In this document: piece by piece, positions 25,103 to 35,591 of the stretch
How positions within the stretch are numbered: the stretch's first letter is position 1
How the letters are laid out: every line of letters starts with the position of its first letter
Assembly: GCA_041173745.1 (NCBI GenBank)
Contig: JBEDID010000001.1
Span: forward strand, 1 to 57,949
Source: Candidatus Parcubacteria bacterium
GTDB lineage: Bacteria; Patescibacteriota; Minisyncoccia; Phycocordibacterales; UBA918
Length of the DNA stretch: 57,949 bases
Reading direction: 5' to 3'
Notes under the pieces: model-generated
What the model was told of the DNA's origin: nothing
Database searches by the model: none
What the model saw: only the letters and a program-made list of their open reading frames with translations
Position numbers and translations under genes: made by a program

Positions 25103-28100
25103 ATGGAACAAAATATTATTACTGAGGGTCAAACAGTCGGGGCTACAGATGTGATTGAAACAAAAGAAATAATTGTAGAAGACCCTGCCAATAAGGAACT
25201 TAATGATGTGCCAAGTATGAAAAAGAAGCCTTGGTGGCTATTGCTAGGATTGGTGATTTTGTTGGTTATTGTGCTGATAATTAAAGCTGGTTTTGATGAT
25301 AATCAACCAATAAAACAGTTTACAAATATCTATTCTTTTGTTCCAGAAAAGATTTCTAAAAGTGCCAATATTGTAATAAATCTACCGGCTGGGATAGATA
25401 AGGTTGTTGCCCAGTCGGGAATTACTTTCAGTCCAGAAATAAAAGGCGACTGGTTGACTGAGAATCAAGACGGAATAATTGTTTTTGATCCCAACAAATC
25501 ACTTGAAACTGGAGTTTATTACGCTATTAATCTCAATACTGAAGGAGCTCAAATGTCCGGTGATTTTTATGTTGATGATGATCCTAAGGTCATGACTATT
25601 TTTCCAGCCGCGGGAAGTGAAACTAACGAAGATAGTGAAATAACGATTGTCTTCAATCGGCCAATGGTGCCTCTTTCTACTTTAGCAACTCAAGAGTCAG
25701 TAGCTTTGCCGATTACGATTACTCCTCCTACCGAAGGAAAGTTCAAGTGGATTAGTACTCGTAATTTACAATTTATTCCTACTGATACCCTTATTCCGGC
25801 TTCTGATTATGTGGTCACGATTAAGGAGGGGATGTTTTCCGTCGATGGACTACCGGTTGATTCACTAACCCATACTTTTATTACTAGACCGCTGCGCTAC
25901 AAGAATATTTCCGAAGGAACGGTGGGTTATCGAGACCCAGTTGTATTTGAGTTTAATCAGCCAGTTGATTTGGCTGAAACTAAAAAATACATATCAGTAA
26001 AAAAAGATGGTAATAATGTGCCGGTGGTGGTTGAGTATGGGGAAGACCGTCATTATGATTATGAGAAAAAAGAGATGGTTTCTGTTCCTGATGAGAGTAA
26101 GTTGTTCGTGTATCTAAAAGAAGATTCTCACGGCCGAAGTCGTTTGTGGGACTTTGAATCTGGTTATGAAGTTTCTATAACAGAAGCGGTGCCGCTTAAA
26201 GGTACGAAACACTTACTGGCAGGAAAACATACTAATATTCATATTCCCAATATAATTGCCGGTATTACCGCCAAATCAGATCGTTCAGATGGAGTTAGGC
26301 AAAATGTGTTTGATCCTAAGGGTACATTGGTGATTACTTTTCATGATGATATTGATAAAGACGGTTCTGATTTTAAAGTGAAAGGCTTACGTAGTGTGGA
26401 GTACGCGGAGCGATGTAAATTGGATAATGAAGGACAAGAAATAAAGCTTGGTAACAGTTGCGAAAAAGAAGCTAATACTAAACAATTAATATTTTCTTTT
26501 AACGAGGCTGCTTTTAATCGGGGTGAAGAATTTACTTTAGAATTAAAAAAGATTAAAACCAAAGATGGATTTAAGGCAAATACAGAAGTTATGCCAGTCC
26601 CTCTTAAAACCTATTCCGAATTTAATATTTCTCGCACCGTTCCTAATTCTCAAACTACGGACGCAGCATTGGACGTGATAAATGTCTGCTCTAATACTCC
26701 GTTGCAAGAACCAAGTGAAGAAGTTGGTCTGTCTTCATACATTAAGACTAGTGAGTACATAGTTTATGGTCGGTGGAACGGTTCTTGGTATATCGATAGT
26801 GTTAGCGGTAATAATGTCTGTCAGGTGGGTGAGTATCAAACCAGAGTGCTTTATGGATTGTTGCCATTAACTAAATATGACATGAATCTAAATTTGGTTG
26901 ATGAGTTTGGACAGACTGCCACACAACAATTGTCATTCACAACTCAAGGTCCGAGTGAAAAATATACTCGTTTTCATAACATGCAACAGTTGTATAACGT
27001 GACTACTCCAGAACGAACTAACTTTACTTATGCAGCCGAAAATTTGGATTATGTCGATATGAGTATTTGTCGATTGGAGCCAGAGACTTTCTTGAAAAAA
27101 ATTACTCACACCCAAAGTGAGTCGTCTGCGCCTGACAATAGTGATTGTGCTCAGGTGATAAACGAAAGAATTGAATTACCACCACGTTACTGGGTGAATA
27201 ATTATTTTCAAATTGATTTACATAAATATTTTCCCGACACTAGAGGATATTACATTGTCACTTTTAGTAATCCTTTATACGTTGATCATTATCGTGAGAA
27301 TGAGTCTCGTCCGATTTACGATCGTACATATATAAGTGTAACCAATTTAGCGGTTGGTAAAAAAGAAGTTAAGAATAATGATAGAACTTGGAGTAGTTCT
27401 GATAATCCGGCGCACCTAAAATTAATGAATGAGTTACTGTTATCAGCGCGTAATCTGTATTGGGTTAATGATACAAGGACTTTGACTGCCGTTTCTAATG
27501 CAACAGTTACTCAATATTTAGAAGATGATAAAGAAAGAATTTTCACTAAAACCCTAGGAGTAACTGATGCTGTTGGTATTGCTAGAGTCGCGACTGATAA
27601 AAATGTAATCGGAGCTGTGGTGCGGTATGGGTCGGAAACAGCTGTAATTTCTAACTGGTCTGACGTATTAGAAGATGTTGGGCCTGTTTACGATGCATCG
27701 CGTACTTATATTTACACCGATAGACCAATTTATCGCCCAGGACAAACGGTATACATTCGTGGTATTGATCGAATTGGTTTTGACGGCCAGTATGAGATCT
27801 GGAACAAAGACCAAGCCAAGCTGGAGGTTTATGATTCCTTGAGTGATTGGAAAGGTTCATTAATTTATGAAACTAACTTAGATATTAGTGACTATGGAAC
27901 TTTCAATAGTCAGTTTGAAATTCCTAAGGACGCTAAACTTGGTACCTATAGCATTAACGTGTTTGGACAAAATGTTAATTTCTCAGTTGAGGAATATGTG
28001 CCAGCCGCTTTTAAAGTTGAAACCAGTTTAAATAAAGAAGAGTATATTAGTGGAGATGACTTGCAGTTAACTTTGCAAGCTGATTATTATTTTGGTGTTC

Positions 28101-31100
28101 CTTTGGATGGGGGAACAATTGCTTATTCAGTGACAGCTCAAGACTATCACTTTGACCGCTATACAGATGAATACTTTAATTTTGGTCAATCGTGGTATTA
28201 CTGTTATTACTGTGGTTACGGCGACGATTTTCTTTTCCGAGGAGAGGCAGTAATTAATAAAAATGGCCAGGCGGTAATTGAAAGAAAACTTGATTTAGAT
28301 AAGTTCTTTACCAAGGATGAAGATAAAGGTAGTAAATTGGTGGTTGTGTCTATGACCGCTAAGGATACTAATGGTCGGTCAGTTTCAGCACAACGTTCCT
28401 TCATTGTGCACCAAGGAGAATTTTATTTGGGAGTTAAAACCGACAGTTACTACACGGGTGTAAATTCCCCAATTACGTTACGAGTTAAATCGGTTGATAC
28501 CCAAGGTGAGCCTGTAAGTTTAAAACAAATTGAAAGAGCTCTTTATAAAGTGCGTTACGAAACATATAAACGGCAAGAGGTTGATGGCGGATTCTATTAT
28601 CGATCAGAAAAACATCTAGATTTGGTTTCTAAAGAAAATATTACAACTGATGAAAAAGGTGACTGGAGTAATAGTTTGTCGATTAGTGAAGAAGGGCAGT
28701 ACGAAATACAAATTTCAAAAACAGACAATCGAGGAGATGTAATTAAGACCACTACCAATCTGTACATCTATGGTAATAAAGCAGTGCAGGTGCCACCAAA
28801 TAATAATTACGAACTCGATATTGAAGTTGAACAATCTAGTTTAAAAGTGGGAGATACAGCTACGCTCTTAATAAAATCTCCTTACGAAAATGCTAAGGCG
28901 CTAATTTCAGTAGAGCGTGGCACCGTCCAAGATTATTGGGTAGTAGACATAAAGGGTGGTTTGTATGTTCATAAGTTCCAAGTTAAAAGTGATTATGCAC
29001 CTAATTTTAATGCGTCAGTGCTGCTGCTGTCACCTAATCCAGAAATAAAATACGGTAGTGTGCAGTATCAGGTAGGATATGACGAGCATGAATTATCTGT
29101 TGAAGTAACATCAGATAAAACCTTTTATTTGCCGGGTGAAGAAGTAACTCTTTCTGTAAGTACTAAGGATAATTTAGGACGACCAGTGCCGGCAGAAGTT
29201 TCTCTAGCGGTGGCTGATTTGTCGGTATTGGCTTTGAAAGGTAATCCTAAGAAAAATCCCGCTCTGTTTTTCTACGACGGTTTTCCACTCTCAGTTTCAA
29301 CGGCTAGTAATATAAAAAATATTTTATATGAAGTTGATATTCCTTTAGGGACTAAAGGCGGGGGAGGCGGTAGTCCAGATGACTTAGCAAAAAAGAAACG
29401 AGGTAATTTTAAAGACACTGCTTTTTGGGAAGCTTCAGTTAGAACTGATGATTCTGGTCAGGCGTCCGTCACGTTTACTTTGCCTGACAATTTAACTACC
29501 TGGCAGATAGAGTCATTGGGTGTAACAAAAGATACAAAATTAGGGGTTGATTATGCAGAGTTTACTAGCAAAAAAGATTTAATGGCGGTGCCATTAAAGC
29601 CGCGCTTTGTAGTGGCCGGTGACAAGTTCTCATTGGGGGCAAAAGTATTTAATCAAACTGATAAAGGCGTGACAATTAATGTAAAACTGGAAAGTGATAC
29701 TTTGGTATTTGATGATGAACATGAATCCTCTATATTTGTTAATCAAGGAGAGTCAAAAACAGTTTACTTTCCGGTGACAGCTCCAGCTGAGAAAAGATTT
29801 GGACAGCATACCTTTACCTTTACGGCTGAAGCAGAAGATTTTGTTGATAGTGTTGATCAAGTGATACCGATTACTCCAAATAAAACTTATGAAACCGTAG
29901 CGACAGCAAACTTTACTAAAGAAGATAAAGCAACTGAGTATGTCTACCTTCCAAAGGAAGTAGTCGGAGGGGAAGGGGGACTTACTATTAACGCCAATGC
30001 GACTTTGGCTGTCTTTATGAACGATGCTGTATCGTACATGGTTAGTTATCCTTACGGTTGTAGTGAACAGCTGGCCAGCTCTTTAAGTACGATTGCAATT
30101 ATGAAGCAAGCTCTAGCTATTCCGAATGTAGATGGTGAACTAAAAACAATTGATTTTGAGGGCGTGACTCACACTGTCGATGATGTTGTAAAAGATGGTT
30201 TAGATAGAATCTATCAAACTCAAACCACTAATGGCGGTTTTGCTTACTACGGTGGATTGCGTCCGAGTTTGTCACTCACTATGCATGTTGCCACCGCACT
30301 TACAAAATTAAAAACAGCCGGATTCTCTGTGCGTGAAGACGTTTTGCAACGGGCTGCCAAATATATCGAAACTGAATCCAACAATAATTACCAGCGCTCT
30401 CCGGGCACGAGCCAAGAAATAATTATCATGGCTGAGTATACCTTGCGGTCAATTAATGGAAATAAGGAAACTGGATTAACAAATCTTACTAAGTCATTTA
30501 TTTCCGACAAAGCATTTCTGAATGAGAAAATCAGTAGTATGGGCTTGGCCTACTTAGCTTTGTTGTCGCCAACCTATGGTAAAAGTAATAATGATTTGGT
30601 GTATAACACTTTAAAAAATCGTATTAATATTGATGGCCGTGGCGCATATTTGAAACACAGTAATATGATCAACGGTGAATATTATGAAACTTCCATTAAA
30701 GATACCGCTTTATTGCTTAAAGTATTTGCGGTGCAACAAGATGAACATCCAGCTATGGGAAATGTGTTGCGTTGGCTATTAGCTAGTCGTGATAAGTACG
30801 GGGTATGGGGAGGGACCCATAATACTTTTACAGTAATAGATGCGATGGTTGAGTATTTAAATTGGCAACATGAAACAGAAGCAAATTTTACACTCAAAGG
30901 AATATTTGATGGCACCGAAGCCTTTACTCACGAATTTAATCAGACTAATATTTTTGAGACTTTCACACATTTCATTTCAATTGACAGTATGAAACGAGAA
31001 CAGTTGCTAAAGTTGGCACTGGAAAAAGAAAACCATGGGGGAGTCAGTACCAACCTGTATTACGATATGACACTCAAGTATTATTTGCCAGTAGAAAATT

Positions 31101-31606
31101 TACCACCTCGCGATGAAGGTATCACAATCACGCGCGCCCTGTATAAACTCGATGATAAAGCCGAGAAGAAAGAGATTCTCTCAGCCAAAGTAGGTGAAGT
31201 AATTCGCGGTAAATTAACTCTGACTATTCCAGCGCAATACACTAATGTATCGATTGAAGACATGATACCGGCAGGTTTTGAAATTGTTAATTTTAGTTTA
31301 GCGACCGAAGACCAGACCTTGCTAGGTGAAGACAGAAATTACTCACCTTACTACGAGCAATCTAAGTGGTGGTATGAAGAACCGAGTGCAGCACTTAGAA
31401 CCTTGAATCCAACTCACGTTGAGTCCCATGACGACCGAATCTTCTTGTATATTGACCAACTAACCCCAGGTGTATATAAATATGAGTATTATCTCAGAGC
31501 TTTAGTGCCAGGAGAATTTAGACACATGCCAGCCCGTGCAGAAGAACTATTTTTCCCAGAAGTATTTGGTCGAACCAGTGGAGATATTGTGAAAGTTACT
31601 GAGTAG
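25103..31606 (+). CDS. alpha-2-macroglobulin family protein (bacterial A2M) with thioester motif
   Basis: 2167 aa. N-terminal TM anchor, MG-domain repeats, and thioester CxEQ as YPYGCSEQ (Cys codon 30059-30061). A TED-like helical region follows. Confidence 0.85.
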   Translation: MEQNIITEGQTVGATDVIETKEIIVEDPANKELNDVPSMKKKPWWLLLGLVILLVIVLIIKAGFDDNQPIKQFTNIYSFVPEKISKSANIVINLPAGIDKVVAQSGITFSPEIKGDWLTENQDGIIVFDPNKSLETGVYYAINLNTEGAQMSGDFYVDDDPKVMTIFPAAGSETNEDSEITIVFNRPMVPLSTLATQESVALPITITPPTEGKFKWISTRNLQFIPTDTLIPASDYVVTIKEGMFSVDGLPVDSLTHTFITRPLRYKNISEGTVGYRDPVVFEFNQPVDLAETKKYISVKKDGNNVPVVVEYGEDRHYDYEKKEMVSVPDESKLFVYLKEDSHGRSRLWDFESGYEVSITEAVPLKGTKHLLAGKHTNIHIPNIIAGITAKSDRSDGVRQNVFDPKGTLVITFHDDIDKDGSDFKVKGLRSVEYAERCKLDNEGQEIKLGNSCEKEANTKQLIFSFNEAAFNRGEEFTLELKKIKTKDGFKANTEVMPVPLKTYSEFNISRTVPNSQTTDAALDVINVCSNTPLQEPSEEVGLSSYIKTSEYIVYGRWNGSWYIDSVSGNNVCQVGEYQTRVLYGLLPLTKYDMNLNLVDEFGQTATQQLSFTTQGPSEKYTRFHNMQQLYNVTTPERTNFTYAAENLDYVDMSICRLEPETFLKKITHTQSESSAPDNSDCAQVINERIELPPRYWVNNYFQIDLHKYFPDTRGYYIVTFSNPLYVDHYRENESRPIYDRTYISVTNLAVGKKEVKNNDRTWSSSDNPAHLKLMNELLLSARNLYWVNDTRTLTAVSNATVTQYLEDDKERIFTKTLGVTDAVGIARVATDKNVIGAVVRYGSETAVISNWSDVLEDVGPVYDASRTYIYTDRPIYRPGQTVYIRGIDRIGFDGQYEIWNKDQAKLEVYDSLSDWKGSLIYETNLDISDYGTFNSQFEIPKDAKLGTYSINVFGQNVNFSVEEYVPAAFKVETSLNKEEYISGDDLQLTLQADYYFGVPLDGGTIAYSVTAQDYHFDRYTDEYFNFGQSWYYCYYCGYGDDFLFRGEAVINKNGQAVIERKLDLDKFFTKDEDKGSKLVVVSMTAKDTNGRSVSAQRSFIVHQGEFYLGVKTDSYYTGVNSPITLRVKSVDTQGEPVSLKQIERALYKVRYETYKRQEVDGGFYYRSEKHLDLVSKENITTDEKGDWSNSLSISEEGQYEIQISKTDNRGDVIKTTTNLYIYGNKAVQVPPNNNYELDIEVEQSSLKVGDTATLLIKSPYENAKALISVERGTVQDYWVVDIKGGLYVHKFQVKSDYAPNFNASVLLLSPNPEIKYGSVQYQVGYDEHELSVEVTSDKTFYLPGEEVTLSVSTKDNLGRPVPAEVSLAVADLSVLALKGNPKKNPALFFYDGFPLSVSTASNIKNILYEVDIPLGTKGGGGGSPDDLAKKKRGNFKDTAFWEASVRTDDSGQASVTFTLPDNLTTWQIESLGVTKDTKLGVDYAEFTSKKDLMAVPLKPRFVVAGDKFSLGAKVFNQTDKGVTINVKLESDTLVFDDEHESSIFVNQGESKTVYFPVTAPAEKRFGQHTFTFTAEAEDFVDSVDQVIPITPNKTYETVATANFTKEDKATEYVYLPKEVVGGEGGLTINANATLAVFMNDAVSYMVSYPYGCSEQLASSLSTIAIMKQALAIPNVDGELKTIDFEGVTHTVDDVVKDGLDRIYQTQTTNGGFAYYGGLRPSLSLTMHVATALTKLKTAGFSVREDVLQRAAKYIETESNNNYQRSPGTSQEIIIMAEYTLRSINGNKETGLTNLTKSFISDKAFLNEKISSMGLAYLALLSPTYGKSNNDLVYNTLKNRINIDGRGAYLKHSNMINGEYYETSIKDTALLLKVFAVQQDEHPAMGNVLRWLLASRDKYGVWGGTHNTFTVIDAMVEYLNWQHETEANFTLKGIFDGTEAFTHEFNQTNIFETFTHFISIDSMKREQLLKLALEKENHGGVSTNLYYDMTLKYYLPVENLPPRDEGITITRALYKLDDKAEKKEILSAKVGEVIRGKLTLTIPAQYTNVSIEDMIPAGFEIVNFSLATEDQTLLGEDRNYSPYYEQSKWWYEEPSAALRTLNPTHVESHDDRIFLYIDQLTPGVYKYEYYLRALVPGEFRHMPARAEELFFPEVFGRTSGDIVKVTE

Positions 31607-33689
31607 TGATGGTGATGGTTAAGCGCTCACGTTTTTCGCCCAATACATCAATCGCTTCAATTTCATAATTGCCAGTTTCAGTGGGGTGAAAGATGGTCTC
31701 AGTTCCTTCGGCTAGAGACTGACCGTTAACAGTCCAGGTGACTATTTTTCGGGCTTTAAGAGGGATAGTGGTGTTTTCGGTCAGAGCAAAAACATCACCC
31801 TGATGAATGCTGATAATAAGATTGTCAGTAGTTAGTAATGATTGGTGTTCAGAAACAATATCAGCTGGAAGTCCCCATTCTTCATTTCTGTTAATGTTGA
31901 AACGAGATAGATGGTCAAGTGATAAATTGTTTCCGTGATAGTAGGGGGTATTAATCATATATTCCATAACTTCATGCCAGACCGCGCCAGCACCTGTTTG
32001 GCCGGAGACTTGGTCTAGTGGCTTGTTTTCACTATTGCCCATCCATACCCCAACTACAAAGTCTGATGTGTAACCGACCACCCAGCTGTCATGAAAGTCT
32101 CGTGAAGTACCAGTTTTGACTCCGTAACCAGTAATTGGAAGTGAAAGACTACTGACTAAACCAAATTGGTTAACTCCTGTGAAGCGGTCACTGATAATTG
32201 CGTGCACTAATTCTATATAAGGTTCTTCTACTACTCGCGTGACGTCGGTGATGTGTGATTGGGGAGGTAGGTCAAAGTTGTTTGCTGAATCGGTAAGAAT
32301 CCGAAGGGGTGCAATTACTCCTTTGTTGGGAAAAATGGTGAAGTAGTGAGTGAGAGTCAGAAGGTCCATTTCTAATCCACCTAAAGCAATTCCGTATTGG
32401 TAGCTGTCATAATCCTGAATCGGTTCAAAAGCTAGGGGACCAGACAAGAAAGCATAAAACTTTTCTAGGCCAATATATTCTAAAGTTTTTACCGAAGGAA
32501 CATTTAGGCTGTTGCTGAGTGCTTCGTGCAGAGTGATAGCACCTCGATATTGGCCGTCGTAGTTTTTAGGATAAAGCGAGAAACCCGATGCGATAGGGTA
32601 TTTGTATTCCCGATCCTCAACAATAGTGTAGGGTCTCAATCCGTCGGTAAAACCTTTAGCGTAAATAAACGGTTTAACAGTTGATCCAATCGGACGAGGA
32701 GATATGGCCATATTGATTTGATTACCATCTTGTATGCTCTGAGGATTGCGTGTCCCAACTAAAGCAATGACCTCACTGGTATGAGGATTGATTATCACGA
32801 CTGCTCCATTTTTAATTTTATTAGACCAACCTTTCTCAATATGTTTAGAAAGTATTTCGCGGATATCTTCAGTGACACTGGAGTCGACAGTAGTAATACA
32901 AGTTTCTTCGCAATTAACACCAGCGGTATTAAGTTCAAAGTAAGTGTTCTTACTAAAATTATATTTTTTGGTAGTGTCTGGTTTAATAAAAGTTTCAGCT
33001 GGAGAAAACTTCTGATTTAAAAAATTAGCAATTTGTTCATTGTCTTTTTCCCAAGGATTACGAGTGCTGGGGTAGGAGAGAGTGGCGAGTAAAGAAACCT
33101 TTTCACTGTGAGAAGTGTCTTTTAGTGATTTGCCAAAATAAGCTAGACTGGCACTTTCAAAACCTTGAACCTGATTACCTAAATAAGCCGTGTTGGCATA
33201 CATCAATAATAATTCTTCCTTGGAGGTAAATAGCTCGAGACTAATCGCATAAATTACCTCAGTTAATTTGTTTGTAAAAGTACGGTCTGATTCAGTACCA
33301 AGAATATTTTTAGCTAATTGTTGGGTGATAGTACTAGCACCATAACTTCGTCCATCCTTAAGATAGTAAAATATTGCCCGTACTGTGCTCACCGGATTAA
33401 TACCAAAATGATAGTAAAAATAAGCATCTTCTTTAGCGATTAAAAGCTTTTTAAAATCTTCTGGAAGAGTGTTAAGCGGGTAAAGATAATGGCCTTTAGA
33501 ATTTTCCGTTAGGTTGATTGGAATTTGGTGGCGGTCATATATAATAACCGGCATTTGATTTTGATAACGTTGCAATGCATCGGTATATAAAAAATGCGAC
33601 GTTACTAATAATGCTATAAAACCAAACAAGACAATCGTTATAAACTTGTACTTTCTACTGATGATTATGTATCGATGTTGCAGTTTCAT
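31596..33689 (-). CDS. pbpC: penicillin-binding protein 1C (bifunctional GT51 transglycosylase / transpeptidase)
   Basis: EDAYFYYHFGINP and GASTITQQLAKN (GT51). STVKP, SNSLN and KTGTS (TPase). C-terminal Ig-like BiPBP_C-like tail. Overlaps the A2M 3' end by 11 nt in convergent orientation. Confidence 0.85.
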   Translation of the reverse strand: MKLQHRYIIISRKYKFITIVLFGFIALLVTSHFLYTDALQRYQNQMPVIIYDRHQIPINLTENSKGHYLYPLNTLPEDFKKLLIAKEDAYFYYHFGINPVSTVRAIFYYLKDGRSYGASTITQQLAKNILGTESDRTFTNKLTEVIYAISLELFTSKEELLLMYANTAYLGNQVQGFESASLAYFGKSLKDTSHSEKVSLLATLSYPSTRNPWEKDNEQIANFLNQKFSPAETFIKPDTTKKYNFSKNTYFELNTAGVNCEETCITTVDSSVTEDIREILSKHIEKGWSNKIKNGAVVIINPHTSEVIALVGTRNPQSIQDGNQINMAISPRPIGSTVKPFIYAKGFTDGLRPYTIVEDREYKYPIASGFSLYPKNYDGQYRGAITLHEALSNSLNVPSVKTLEYIGLEKFYAFLSGPLAFEPIQDYDSYQYGIALGGLEMDLLTLTHYFTIFPNKGVIAPLRILTDSANNFDLPPQSHITDVTRVVEEPYIELVHAIISDRFTGVNQFGLVSSLSLPITGYGVKTGTSRDFHDSWVVGYTSDFVVGVWMGNSENKPLDQVSGQTGAGAVWHEVMEYMINTPYYHGNNLSLDHLSRFNINRNEEWGLPADIVSEHQSLLTTDNLIISIHQGDVFALTENTTIPLKARKIVTWTVNGQSLAEGTETIFHPTETGNYEIEAIDVLGEKRERLTITITTQ

Positions 33690-33715
33690 GGGGAGGTGTT
33701 GTGAGATAGTTAGTG

Positions 33716-34363
33716 TTATTCGGTCTCATGTTTAAATCTTTTTTGGAGATAATGAATAATGAAAATTAATACTGCAACTTCAGTCAGAGTAATGATTTGC
33801 AGGCCAAGCGAAAGACTTCCAGTGTAAGAAAAAATAAACGCAAACGGTGTAACACCAATCAAAGTAGAAAAAAAGAAGGCTTTGCTAGACATAGTTGAGA
33901 AGAGACCAAGGGCGTAGGAGAGAATGTCTACTGGTACAGTCATGCGTAATAAAACTACTGTCCAGAATAAATTTTCGGGCGGAAAGCGTTTTTCAAATGA
34001 ATTAAAACGTTCTAAAGAAATAAATCTCTGGACTAATTTTTTACCATACCGACGCGCTAGATAAAATGCAATTTGGGAGCCAATCGTCCAGCCGATAATT
34101 GAAAGTACTGCCGTTATAACCCAACCCCAAATTGCAACCGCTAGCGGAATTAAAGGCAGGGTAGAGACTGGGGCCAAGATGATAGCAATGGCGGTGATTG
34201 TCACATAAGCCAACATGCCTAAACCATTATCAGTAGTGGCCATGCTCGACAGTTCAGGAGCGTAGCTTTGAGACAAGAGTGTTGCCCCCACAAAGAAAAT
34301 TAAAACACCAGCCAAAGCGAGCAGGCCATTAATAGTTTCTTTTTTTGCAGTTGGAAAACTCAT
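33716..34363 (-). CDS. TVP38/TMEM64 (DedA-related) family membrane protein
   Basis: Polytopic membrane protein, 215 aa, with an ARRYGKKLV loop and a VPVDILSYALG motif. Confidence 0.65.
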   Translation of the reverse strand: MSFPTAKKETINGLLALAGVLIFFVGATLLSQSYAPELSSMATTDNGLGMLAYVTITAIAIILAPVSTLPLIPLAVAIWGWVITAVLSIIGWTIGSQIAFYLARRYGKKLVQRFISLERFNSFEKRFPPENLFWTVVLLRMTVPVDILSYALGLFSTMSSKAFFFSTLIGVTPFAFIFSYTGSLSLGLQIITLTEVAVLIFIIHYLQKRFKHETE

Positions 34364-34493
34364 GGTTTAAGTGTACAGGAAGATATGAGGTTTGGCTCGG
34401 TTTAGTAAGTAAAAGGGTTGTTTTGGTTCTGATTCAATGGTATACCAAATAGGGTTTTAGTTACTTTAACAACAACAACAGCTGAGGTGTGTG

Positions 34494-35024
34494 ATGGATA
34501 TTCTGAATTGGTTAGTATTTGAACTTATTGTGGCATTAGTATTTTTTGCCTTAATTCTTTCACTGTGGATGAATGAGCGTAAATATCTTAAGGAGCATCA
34601 ATATCCAGGGTTTGGATTTTTACTTAATTGGAAAGATGATGTCTTCACTGTAGCAGCGGTACTGTTGACTGGGCCAGCAGATTTAGCTGGTGTCAGGGCT
34701 GGTGATACTCTGCATGGGTGGGGAGAAATGCCTTTTGCTTTTAAGGAGAATCAAGAATGTGTTCAATGGTTAAATGAACATCGTCTTGTCATCGGTGATA
34801 GTAGAACGTACATCTTCAGTCATCAAGGTTCTGATGAACAGTACTCCGTTCTGCTCAAGGCGGTAACTATTCAAGGGCCAATTCCGGTGTATGGTCAGTT
34901 ACCAGAGTATGTTTTGTCTAATCCATTCTATGTAAAGGGAATGTCTGTCTGCAAAAAAACAGGAGTGCTGGTTGAAAATAATAATTTAAACAATCAAATT
35001 ATAGAAGGTATCTTTAGATCTTAA
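34494..35024 (+). CDS. hypothetical membrane protein with PDZ-like segment
   Basis: GAGG lies 6 nt upstream of ATG 34494. N-terminal TM. GPADLAGVRAGDTL resembles the PDZ carboxylate-binding region. Confidence 0.5.
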   Translation: MDILNWLVFELIVALVFFALILSLWMNERKYLKEHQYPGFGFLLNWKDDVFTVAAVLLTGPADLAGVRAGDTLHGWGEMPFAFKENQECVQWLNEHRLVIGDSRTYIFSHQGSDEQYSVLLKAVTIQGPIPVYGQLPEYVLSNPFYVKGMSVCKKTGVLVENNNLNNQIIEGIFRS

Positions 35025-35074
35025 GCAAGGGTGAATTAATAGATATTAATCTAATTAATACCTCAGTAATAACC

Positions 35075-35106
35075 AAACAGCCGAATGCCTAGCATCGGCT
35101 GTTTTT
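35075..35106 (+). terminator. intrinsic terminator
   Basis: aaacagccga...tcggctgttt followed by tt. Confidence 0.7.
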
Positions 35107-35156
35107 ATAATTTATGTGTTTGCTGCGAATTTATCTACATGCAGAAACTACTTATG

Positions 35157-35591
35157 CTAAGGAATTAAAATCCAATAACGTAAAAGTTTTTCAGCTTGGG
35201 TTTTAAAAATGTCTGGGTCGACGTGATATTTTTCGGCGATTGCCATTAGCTTTGCGATTTTTCTGGGATTGCGTACTTCAGTAATCAGTAAGGCAGAACC
35301 AACTTTTTTACCGAGTGTGCGAAAAAAGAGCCAACGCATTGTGTACTTCGGAATCATATAAATAATGCCAATAAAAAATTTAAGAGTTGAGAAAGGGAAG
35401 GTGATAGTGGTGTGACCAGACCATCCCGCGCGAGTGTAAGTATAGACAACATCAGACAGTTCACTCCAAGTATCAATCAATCCTTCAGCTTCATAATATT
35501 CCGCCAACTCATCCGCCATATCATCACGATGCCATCGTTCGTCATACTTTGGCATGTTGAGGGCGGTGTGCCAGTTATTGATTAGTTGCAT
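35157..35591 (-). CDS. hypothetical protein (weak MazG-like all-alpha resemblance at N-terminus)
   Basis: 144 aa. DDMADELAEYYEA...SELSDVVY. Overlaps the upstream gene by 10 nt (operon). Confidence 0.45.
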   Translation of the reverse strand: MQLINNWHTALNMPKYDERWHRDDMADELAEYYEAEGLIDTWSELSDVVYTYTRAGWSGHTTITFPFSTLKFFIGIIYMIPKYTMRWLFFRTLGKKVGSALLITEVRNPRKIAKLMAIAEKYHVDPDIFKTQAEKLLRYWILIP

